From NCBI GenBank assembly GCA_026705295.1, contig JAPPBA010000155.1:670-64669 (forward strand): a stretch of 64,000 nucleotides of DNA, written 5' to 3'. The notes beneath the pieces are model-generated. The model had not been told where the DNA came from and searched no databases. It saw only the letters and a program-made list of their open reading frames with translations. The position numbers were made by a program, and so were the translations under genes. Every line of letters starts with the position of its first letter. Position 1 is the first letter of the stretch. The DNA is from Candidatus Palauibacter australiensis. GTDB taxonomy: Bacteria > Gemmatimonadota > Gemmatimonadetes > Palauibacterales > Palauibacteraceae. Below, in pieces: positions 39,000 to 46,411 of this stretch.

Positions 39000-40501
39000 T
39001 GCTGATCGCCTCCATCATCAGCGACCACGGCCTGCCACACGCTGTAGGGGACGAAAAACGCCAGGTGTTCCTCGCCCTCCGTGTTCATCGAACCCAGATC
39101 CTCCTCGATATTCGCAATCGGCGAGTAGAAAGGTGACGCGTCGACGTCGTCCTCGCTAGAATTGCTATTGGTGAATCTGCCAACGTGGAGGCCAAAGAAT
39201 CTTCCGTCGCTGGCAAACACCGGTCCACCGCTATCGCCCCCCGTGCGGAGGTAATTCGCAAGATTCTGACACCGGACTCCGTAATCGCGCGCAGGGCTCG
39301 GCCAGTTGTAGATGTCCACACAATCATGCGTGACTCTACCGTGTGTCCGACCGGAGAACGCTCCGATCTTGATCAAGCTCTGACCAGTGACCTGCGTGGT
39401 GGGAATCTCGCCACCTTCGGATGTCATGACATACAGGCTGTCGCCATGCTTGTGGTTATGCTTCCAAGCATCGAACGGTGACCCGATCAACTCGCCACCC
39501 GACTCGACGATCTCATCCGCGTCATCCTTGGTGGTCGCAATCCATCCACGCGCGAATTTGTCGTTGGAGTCGTCCTGACCGAACAACGCGGCGTCGGCCC
39601 ACCGACAGCGAGCGGGAGGCGTACCGCCACCGTTAATCGAACATGTCTGCTGGGGATCCACGAGTTCATACCCTAGCCGGTCACTCGTGTTCGTGCCGGA
39701 TTGGTAGATCGGAAGATCGGTGTCGAGGGATGCGAAGGCGTCGTCTCCTGCGCAGTGAGACGCAGTGACATACCGCTCCGACGAACCCATCGTCACGCCC
39801 AACATGAGTGTACAACGGTCAACGCCAGTTGTATCTCCGTGACGCACCATGATACCACCGAGAGTCCTGTTGAACCGATGTCGAAGCGAGTGGTAAGACT
39901 GCGCGGATCCGCCCTCGTATCTGATGGGTGGCGCTCGATCCGGCTCAGCCCGACCAGAGACCGTGGTTGCGATCGCACCGTCTGGTATACCAACGGTTCG
40001 CGCCAGAGATTGCACAGCCGAAGCAGCGGAAACGCTTACCAAGCCGACCAGAAGCCGGTTGTTCTTCTGATCGATGTCGAGGTACGCAACGTCGCTCCGT
40101 GCACCGAAGAGTCCGGTGATGTTCTCCTTCCATCCGATGAGCTGGGAAAACGTGTAGGTCACCTCCGTGTACCGACGGGAACCGCCCGTACTGGACAGCT
40201 TGCTGTCGATTTCCGATCTCGTGACGTTTGCCACCGCTGTCTGCTTGGTCAGATTGGTCAGCGCAGTCACCGCGTCCCCGCGCTCATCAATCCAGTAGCC
40301 ACCGAACTCCGGTACGATCTGACTGATCTCAAAGAACCGCTTGTCGGTTCCCATAAGGGCATCCGCCGATACATCGGCCAACAAGATCGGTTCGTTGCTG
40401 GCTTCTGCCATAGTCGGACGTTCGAAGTCCGGCGCGGCGAGAGAATCGGAATCCGGGTAACACGCCTCCTGGCCCAACACGATCCCGATCACTAGCAGCA
40501 C
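38996..40501 (-). CDS. alpha-lytic / streptogrisin-type (S1E) serine pre-pro-protease
   Basis: The catalytic triad context is YVTASHC (His), RWADAALF (Asp) and GGDSGGPVF (Ser). Two prodomain-like repeats are present (FGGYWIDERGDAVTAL; VAYLDIDQKNNRLLVGL). It looks lower in G+C than its neighbours. The N-terminus is uncertain: the GTG at 40501 gives only a truncated-looking signal peptide. Confidence 0.85.
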   Translation of the reverse strand: MLLVIGIVLGQEACYPDSDSLAAPDFERPTMAEASNEPILLADVSADALMGTDKRFFEISQIVPEFGGYWIDERGDAVTALTNLTKQTAVANVTRSEIDSKLSSTGGSRRYTEVTYTFSQLIGWKENITGLFGARSDVAYLDIDQKNNRLLVGLVSVSAASAVQSLARTVGIPDGAIATTVSGRAEPDRAPPIRYEGGSAQSYHSLRHRFNRTLGGIMVRHGDTTGVDRCTLMLGVTMGSSERYVTASHCAGDDAFASLDTDLPIYQSGTNTSDRLGYELVDPQQTCSINGGGTPPARCRWADAALFGQDDSNDKFARGWIATTKDDADEIVESGGELIGSPFDAWKHNHKHGDSLYVMTSEGGEIPTTQVTGQSLIKIGAFSGRTHGRVTHDCVDIYNWPSPARDYGVRCQNLANYLRTGGDSGGPVFASDGRFFGLHVGRFTNSNSSEDDVDASPFYSPIANIEEDLGSMNTEGEEHLAFFVPYSVWQAVVADDGGDQQ

Positions 40502-40622
40502 ACCAAGAACGGCGTGAAACCGCCGCGGCCACTGCTTGCGCGGTACACCTGACTGCTACCTATACGCGGGCGACTGTGAACGGCCGGAAAGTTGGCGGGC
40601 GTCCGCAGAGGGCCGAGTAGGT

Positions 40623-41276
40623 CTAGCGTTCGTCCTCGGTGTGCAGGAGTCCGGCCTCGAGCGCGAAGCGCACGACCTCGCGGCGGGTGTGAAGGCCCAG
40701 CTTTGCCTTGGCGCGGGCGAGATAGCCCTCGACGGTCTTGGGGCTGAGACCCATCTCCTTGCCCGTCTCGGCAGCCGAAAAGCCGCTCGCGTAGAACTCG
40801 ACCGCGGCAAGCTCGCGCGCTGTGAGCACGTCGGGTCCCGTCTCGCGGCTCGAATGGTCCTGCGTCTTCCGTCGCGCGAGCAGGGCCGCCGCCTGTTGGG
40901 GCAGGTAGGAGTGCCCGTGCAAGATGGCTTCGATGGCGCCGATGAGATCCGTATCCGCGGCGGACTTGTTCAGAAAGCCCGCCGCGCCGGCCTTCAGGGC
41001 GGGCACGACGTAGTCATCCTCGTCGTGGATCGTGACGACCAGGACCTTCGCTCCGAGTCCAAGCCCGGTGATGCGCCGCGTCGCCTGGACTCCGTCCATG
41101 CCGGGCAGCGCCAGATCCATGATGACGATGTCCGGTTCCAGCGTCCGGGCTTTCTCCACCGCTTCCTCGCCGGAGGATGCCTCGCCCACCACCTCCACGT
41201 GCTCCGTCATCTCGAGCAACGCCTTCAGGCCGGCGCGCACCACGGGGTGGTCGTCGACCAGCAGCACCCTCACCAT
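40623..41276 (-). CDS. LuxR/NarL-family response regulator
   Basis: The receiver domain reads VRVLLVDDHPVVRAGL...IVIMDLALPGMDG. The C-terminal HTH reads LTARELAAVEFYASGFSAAETGKEMGLSPKTVEGYLARAKAKLG. Confidence 0.92.
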   Translation of the reverse strand: MVRVLLVDDHPVVRAGLKALLEMTEHVEVVGEASSGEEAVEKARTLEPDIVIMDLALPGMDGVQATRRITGLGLGAKVLVVTIHDEDDYVVPALKAGAAGFLNKSAADTDLIGAIEAILHGHSYLPQQAAALLARRKTQDHSSRETGPDVLTARELAAVEFYASGFSAAETGKEMGLSPKTVEGYLARAKAKLGLHTRREVVRFALEAGLLHTEDER

Positions 41277-42295
41277 CCGCCGCGATCCCTCTCGTCTTCC
41301 GGACCTACGGCCGGCACGGTGACCCGAATCGTGGTCCCCCGGCCCGGCGCCGTATCCACGGAGAGGCCGCCTCCGACCAGCGCCGCCCGTTCGTGCATGC
41401 TGGTGAGACCCTTGTGACTATCGAACTCGAACCCGCAACCCTCGTCGCGGATCTCCGCGATGACCGCCCCGCCCGCCGACCGGAGCGTCACCGTCGCTTC
41501 AGTGACGCCCGCGTGCCTCTCTGCGTTGGTCACGGCTTCCTGAACGATCCGGTACAGGGCGAGGGCGGCGGCCGCGTCCAGTTCCTCGTCCACTCGGTCG
41601 AGGTTCGCGTCGACCGTGAATCCATGCACCTCGCCGATGTCCCGAAAGACGGACTCGAGCGCGGACGAAAGCCGCCGGCGTTCCAGTTCCGGCGGCAGCA
41701 GCCCCCGGATCATCCGCTTCACGCCGCGGATCGTGTCATCGATCTCGCCGGCGATCTGCGCCCGCGCCTGCTCCCTGTCCCCCGCCGTCGGCTCGGACGC
41801 TAGTAGCTTCACCCTGATCTTGAGGGCCGCCAGGTACTGGAGGAACTCGTCGTGCAAGTCGCGGGACAATCGCTTCCGCTCATTCTCGATGGCGGTCACC
41901 ATCGCTCGGGACATTTGCCGCATCCGTTTCCAGCCCGTGATGTCCCGGACCGTGCAGATCACATGCTCCTGACCCGACGCCAGTCTCCCGGGGCTCAGGC
42001 TGATCTCGACCGGAATGGTCGTGCCGTCCCGGCGCAACGCCAGCAACTCGAATCCCTGCCCCATGGGACGGGCACGCGGCGTCTCGTTGTAGTGTCGGCG
42101 GTGCCGCTCATGCCGGGTACGGCTAGCTGCGGGAACCAGCCGCTCCACGGGGTAGCCATCCATCTCCTCCCGACTCCAGCCGAACATCGCGACGGCCTGC
42201 GGGTTGAGGTCGCGAACCGTCCCTTCCGAATCCACGATGAGCATCGCGTCCGGCGAGGCGTCGAAAACGGCCCTATAGTCCCTCTCGGTCAGCAC
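41270..42295 (-). CDS. cytoplasmic PAS-domain sensor histidine kinase (HisKA_3 type)
   Basis: The PAS domain reads YRAVFDASPDAMLIVDSEGTVRDLNPQAVAMFGW, the H-box ERKRLSRDLHDEFLQYL, and the ATPase part GCGFEF...GLTSMHERAALVGG. No TM segment is present. It overlaps the response regulator gene by 7 nt. Confidence 0.9.
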   Translation of the reverse strand: MLTERDYRAVFDASPDAMLIVDSEGTVRDLNPQAVAMFGWSREEMDGYPVERLVPAASRTRHERHRRHYNETPRARPMGQGFELLALRRDGTTIPVEISLSPGRLASGQEHVICTVRDITGWKRMRQMSRAMVTAIENERKRLSRDLHDEFLQYLAALKIRVKLLASEPTAGDREQARAQIAGEIDDTIRGVKRMIRGLLPPELERRRLSSALESVFRDIGEVHGFTVDANLDRVDEELDAAAALALYRIVQEAVTNAERHAGVTEATVTLRSAGGAVIAEIRDEGCGFEFDSHKGLTSMHERAALVGGGLSVDTAPGRGTTIRVTVPAVGPEDERDRGGW

Positions 42296-42362
42296 GATCG
42301 TCCGCTTCCAGTGCGGAGAGTGGGCGGATATCCCCCAAAATAAGTAAGGAGCGTATATATTT

Positions 42363-42430
42363 GAGTTGATAGTGTCATTGTCCGACGCATAAACATGACA
42401 CTTTTCAAAGTGCTGTCACGCAATCAACTC
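42363..42430. promoter_or_regulatory. AT-rich nested inverted repeats upstream of the kinase operon
   Basis: The outer inverted repeat is GAGTTGAT (42363..42370) with ATCAACTC (42423..42430). The inner one is AGTGTCAT (42371..42378) with ATGACACT (42395..42402). They sit in the most AT-rich stretch of the window (about 42340..42440). Confidence 0.5.
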
Positions 42431-42477
42431 CGGTAATGTCGACGTGCTATGGTCCTCCGCAGACTGCCGTAGGCAAG

Positions 42478-42540
42478 CCTTACGTTCCCGCGGGAACGTA
42501 AGGGGTCAGGCGGTGCTTGGCTCCTGCTCGGAGTGTTCGA
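42478..42540 (+). repeat. island repeat copy D (26-nt perfect palindrome + GGGGTCAGGCGGTGCT + CGGAGTGTTC); also the terminator and 3' end of the SPW gene
   Basis: CCTTACGTTCCCGCGGGAACGTAAGG (42478..42503) is perfectly self-complementary. The TCA at 42506..42508 within GGGGTCAGG is the minus-strand stop codon of the SPW gene. Confidence 0.9.
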
Positions 42541-42847
42541 TTCCGGCTCCGCCCATTGCGGTGCCGGTGCCCACGGTGATGACGCCGAAGATGAGGTCGT
42601 TGAACAGGGCCTGCGCGTTGGCGAGATACCCGTGGATGAAGGGCGACAGCATGCTGTACGCGCCGAGGGCGATGAGTCCCCAGCCGCTGATCCGGTTGAT
42701 GCCGAGGTTGAAGGTGATGGTGACGACGAGGATGGAACCGCCGAGCACCACGCTGTGCCACCACAGGAATCCGAACGGGTATCCCCAGATGAACGGGGCG
42801 CCCAGGAACCAGAGTCCCAGCGCGAGACCGACCCAGCGTGAGGCCAT
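42506..42847 (-). CDS. SPW-repeat membrane protein
   Basis: Trimmed to MASRWVGLALGLWFLGAPFIWGY...LGAYSMLSPFIHGY. It has 4 TM segments with SP(W/F)-type repeats and lies downstream of copA on the same strand. Confidence 0.65.
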   Translation of the reverse strand: MASRWVGLALGLWFLGAPFIWGYPFGFLWWHSVVLGGSILVVTITFNLGINRISGWGLIALGAYSMLSPFIHGYLANAQALFNDLIFGVITVGTGTAMGGAGIEHSEQEPSTA

Positions 42848-42927
42848 CGAACCTCTCTCGGAAGAAACCGGATGAACCACGAAACCGGCGCCTATGATGC
42901 GCGCCGGAAGGGGCAAAGGCAACGTCG

Positions 42928-45219
42928 CTACAGGCGGGCGCGGCGCAGGCGGTTCGCGTTCGTGACGACGGAGATCGAACTCAGCGCCATGGCGGCCTCC
43001 GCGAGCACGGGGTGGAGGAGGCCGAGGAAGGCGACGGGGATCGCGACGACGTTATAGACGTAGGCCCAGAAGAGGTTCTCGCGGATCTTGCGGAAGGTGG
43101 CGCGGGAGAGCTTCGTCGCGCGCAGCACGGAGCGCAGGTCTCCCTGCACGAGGGTGATGTCGGCGGCTTCGATCGCGATGTCGGTGCCGGTGCCCACGGC
43201 GATGCCGACGTCGGCCGCCTTGAGGGCGGGGGCGTCGTTGATGCCGTCGCCGACGAAGGCCACGGTGCGGCCGCCGGCGCGGAGTTGCCGCACGGCCTCG
43301 ACCTTGTCGGCGGGGAGCAGCCCGGCCCGGAAGTCGTCGATGCCGAGATGCTCGGCGACGGCGGCCGCCACGGCTTCATGATCGCCGGTGAGCATCACGG
43401 TCCGGAAGCCGCGGCGGCTCAGCTCGACGAGGGTTTCCCGTGCGTCGTCCTTCACCGGGTCGGCGATCGCGATCGCGCCGAGCAGCCGCCCGCCGGCGGC
43501 CACCCAGGCGATCGTGCGCGCGGCGTCGCGGAAACGCCGCTCCACCTCGGCGATGTCCTCCTCCGGGATGCCCTCCTCGCGCAGCAGCCGCGCGCTCCCC
43601 ACGGAGACGCGCCGGCCATCGACCTCGCCCACGATGCCCATCCCGACCCGGGCCTCGACGCCGTCCGCCCGGGAGAAGGGGATGCCGTGCCCGCGCGCCT
43701 CGTCGACGACGGCGCGGGCGAGGGGATGCTCCGAGGCGTCCTCCACCGCGGCGGCGAGTGCGAGTACGCGCCCCTCGGCGGCTTCATCGGTCGCGAAGAT
43801 CTCGACGACGCGAGGAGCGCCGCGGGTCAGGGTGCCGGTCTTGTCGAAGACGAGCGTGTCCGCGCGATCCAGCGTCTGCACGGCCGCCCCGTCCCGGATG
43901 AGGACGCCGCGGGTCGCTCCGAGGCCGGTCCCGACCATGAGCGCCGTGGGGGTGGCGAGCCCGAGCGCGCAGGGGCAGGCGATGACGAGCACCGCGACCG
44001 CCGCGTAGAGCGCGAGCGAGAGGCGGCCCAGTTCCGGGTTCACCCACGGGATGAACCCCGACGCCCAGCGCGCGGCCTCCGTGAAGACTCCGGGCACGAC
44101 GAACCAGCCCGCGAAGGCCGCCAGCGCGACGACGAGGATGACGGGCACGAAGATGGCGGTCACCCGGTCCGCGAACTCCTGGATCGGGACCTTGCTCGCC
44201 TGCGCCTCCTCCACGAGACGGATGACGTTGGAGAGGAAGGTGTCCTCGCCCACGCCGGTCGCCCGCACGCGGAGCGCACCCGAGTGATTGACCGTCGAAC
44301 CGAGGACGGAGGAGCCGGGTTCCTTCTCGACCGGGATCGACTCGCCCGTCGCGAGCGATTCATCGACCGCGCTCCTTCCCTCGAGGACGACGCCATCCGT
44401 AGGGATCTTCTCGCCCGGGCGGATGATCATCACGTCGCCCACGGCGACGTCGCGGGTCGGGACCTCGAGTACGGCGCCCTCCCGCTCGACGCGGGCCATC
44501 GGCGCCTCGAGCGAAAGCAGAGCCTGGATCGCCGACGAAGAGCGGCCGCGCGCCTTCGCCTCCACGTAGCGGCCCGTGAGGTGGATGGCGGCGATCATCG
44601 CGCCCACCGGCGCGAAGTTCATGATCATCGGGGCGAACCCGAGCACGTGGAGGATCGCCCACGCCCCGGTGAGCACGGAGACGCCGGCCCCGAGCGCGAT
44701 GAGGACGTCCATGTTCGGCGTGCGGCCGCGCGCCGAACGCCACGCGCTGCGCAGCGTGGGTCCCCCCGGCCCGAAGAGGACGGCGGCCCCGAGCACCGTG
44801 ACGCCGAGGTCGAAGACGAGGGGCGATGGCCAGCGGACCCCGGCGATCATCTCCGGCAGCATCCACACCATGGCCGGGACCGTGAGTGCCCACGCGGTCC
44901 ACATGGTTTTCCGCGCCTCGCGGGAGCGGGCTTCCGCCTCCGCGAGGCGCGAGCGCTCCGCCTCTCCGCGGTCCACGTCCGCGATGGGTTCGATCTCGTA
45001 GCCGGCCCCTTCGACGGCCGCGGCGAGTTCCTCGAAGCCCACGTCCCGGGTGAACGTCAGCGTCGCGGATTCGGCCGGCAGGCTCACCGACGCTTCCACG
45101 CCGTCGACCGCGTTGAGGCTCCTCTCCACGGAGCCGACGCAACCGGCACAGTGCATGCCGGCGATCCGATAAGTCCTCCGCTCAGGGGTCGGTGTGGCGG
45201 TCGATCCGTCCATCGTCAT
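42928..45219 (-). CDS. copA: copper-translocating P-type ATPase
   Basis: The N-terminal HMA domain has GMHCAGCVGSVE. The transmembrane CPC motif is CPCALGLATP, the phosphorylation site is DKTGTLT, and the hinge is GDGINDAP. Confidence 0.95.
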   Translation of the reverse strand: MTMDGSTATPTPERRTYRIAGMHCAGCVGSVERSLNAVDGVEASVSLPAESATLTFTRDVGFEELAAAVEGAGYEIEPIADVDRGEAERSRLAEAEARSREARKTMWTAWALTVPAMVWMLPEMIAGVRWPSPLVFDLGVTVLGAAVLFGPGGPTLRSAWRSARGRTPNMDVLIALGAGVSVLTGAWAILHVLGFAPMIMNFAPVGAMIAAIHLTGRYVEAKARGRSSSAIQALLSLEAPMARVEREGAVLEVPTRDVAVGDVMIIRPGEKIPTDGVVLEGRSAVDESLATGESIPVEKEPGSSVLGSTVNHSGALRVRATGVGEDTFLSNVIRLVEEAQASKVPIQEFADRVTAIFVPVILVVALAAFAGWFVVPGVFTEAARWASGFIPWVNPELGRLSLALYAAVAVLVIACPCALGLATPTALMVGTGLGATRGVLIRDGAAVQTLDRADTLVFDKTGTLTRGAPRVVEIFATDEAAEGRVLALAAAVEDASEHPLARAVVDEARGHGIPFSRADGVEARVGMGIVGEVDGRRVSVGSARLLREEGIPEEDIAEVERRFRDAARTIAWVAAGGRLLGAIAIADPVKDDARETLVELSRRGFRTVMLTGDHEAVAAAVAEHLGIDDFRAGLLPADKVEAVRQLRAGGRTVAFVGDGINDAPALKAADVGIAVGTGTDIAIEAADITLVQGDLRSVLRATKLSRATFRKIRENLFWAYVYNVVAIPVAFLGLLHPVLAEAAMALSSISVVTNANRLRRARL

Positions 45220-45230
45220 CCTTCCGGTGA

Positions 45231-45566
45231 TTACTTTCCGGCGAAGCGCATGAAGAGGTCCGCGATCTCCGCGCGCACCCGCGCGGCGTCGTCGCCGCCT
45301 TCCTCGATGGCGTGGGTGGCGCAGCGCTCGAGATGGTTCAGCAGGAGTTCCTTCTCGGCCGCGCGAAGCGCGGAGTGAACGGCGGCGAACTGTTGCAGGA
45401 TGTCCGGGCAGTACCGTTCATCCTCCACCATGCGGGCGATGCCCCCGACCTGTCCCCGGATACGGGCCAACCGACGGCCGAGGTCGTGTTTCGTCCCCTC
45501 CGCGATCCCCATCGCATGCGGCCCCGCGTCGCTCACCGCCATTCCCTCCACGCTCGCGTCCATCAT
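45231..45566 (-). CDS. csoR: CsoR/RcnR-family metal-sensing transcriptional repressor
   Basis: Trimmed to MMDASVEG... (the alternative ATG 45542 is possible). RLARIRGQVGGIARMVEDERYCPDILQQFAAVHSAL...LNHLERCATHA carries the C-H-C ligand pattern of Cu(I)-sensing CsoR. Confidence 0.85.
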   Translation of the reverse strand: MMDASVEGMAVSDAGPHAMGIAEGTKHDLGRRLARIRGQVGGIARMVEDERYCPDILQQFAAVHSALRAAEKELLLNHLERCATHAIEEGGDDAARVRAEIADLFMRFAGK

Positions 45567-45624
45567 CGACCGGCCATCCGACTTCGATCCGTCGAATCGG
45601 TCTGCGGTCGTCCTTACGTGAAAT

Positions 45625-45655
45625 ATACTATACAGGGGTATTGTATCGACGGCAA
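45625..45655 (-). promoter_or_regulatory. csoR-copA promoter with overlapping CsoR-type operator
   Basis: The minus strand reads TTGCCG (45655..45650), a 17-nt spacer, then TATAGT (45632..45627). The operator-like inverted repeat is ATACTATAC-AGGG-GTATTGTAT (45625..45646): AT-rich arms flanking a G tract, as described for CsoR sites. Confidence 0.6.
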
Positions 45656-45739
45656 CCCGCGAAACCCGGCCCGAACCGCGGCGCGACATCGGGACGCGAG
45701 CGGTGGCGGCGTTTTGCCGGGGGCTGCTAAACTAGGGCC

Positions 45740-46408
45740 ATGTTCAGAAAACTCAGGCAGATGGTCGACGAGGCGCTCGACCGGATGGAAGCGAAGCAGC
45801 CCGGGGCGTCCGAGGACGACATCGACCGCGTCATCCGCGCCATGCGCCAGGAACTCGTCGATACGCGGGCGCGGATCTCCGAACTCGAGGGGCTGCTGGA
45901 GTCGCAGGTGCGCCAGGCCGACAAGGAAGGGGAGGCGGCCCGGGTCGCCGAACGGCGCGCGGCGAAGGCCGCCGAAATCGGGGACGCGGAGACGGTCGAG
46001 GTCGCGAACCGGTTCGCGGCGCGGCACCGCCAGCGGCTCGAGGTGCTCGTTCTCAAGGCCGAGGGGACGCAGGCCGAACTTGAGCAGCAGAAGGCCGAGG
46101 CGGCGCAGGGCGCGGAACAGTTGAAGAGCGCCATGGCGCGGCGGGATTCGCTCAGCGTGCAGCAACGGCGCGCGCAGGCGATCCAGCACTCCACCGACCG
46201 GCTCGACTCGGTGGATGCGTTCGATCGCATGGCCGAGAAGATGGAGGGAAAGGGCGACCTCGACGACGCGCGCCGCCAGGTGGACGAGGCGCTCGATCCG
46301 ATGGCCGGCGCGCCGCAGCGGGACTTCGTGGCCGAGCGGGAACTGCGGGAGGCGCGGGCGGACGCGATGCTCGAGGAGTTGAAGCGTCGCATGTCGAAAG
46401 GGGAGTAG
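45740..46408 (+). CDS. pspA: PspA/IM30 family protein
   Basis: 222 aa, coiled-coil throughout (VIRAMRQELVDTRARISELEG...AELEQQKAEAAQGAEQLKSAMARRDSL...AFDRMAEKMEG), in the layout typical of PspA. Confidence 0.8.
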   Translation: MFRKLRQMVDEALDRMEAKQPGASEDDIDRVIRAMRQELVDTRARISELEGLLESQVRQADKEGEAARVAERRAAKAAEIGDAETVEVANRFAARHRQRLEVLVLKAEGTQAELEQQKAEAAQGAEQLKSAMARRDSLSVQQRRAQAIQHSTDRLDSVDAFDRMAEKMEGKGDLDDARRQVDEALDPMAGAPQRDFVAERELREARADAMLEELKRRMSKGE

Positions 46409-46411
46409 CGG

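Noticed and set aside
33989-42540. Classical integron cassette array (attC sites) as the explanation for the island repeats
   Set aside because: I could not find the R''/R' core pairs (RYYYAAC ... GTTRRRY). The palindromes are short and nearly perfect, unlike 60-140 nt imperfect attC structures with extrahelical bases. No intI gene or attI is present in the window. A non-integron recombination-site or REP-like explanation is retained in the findings.
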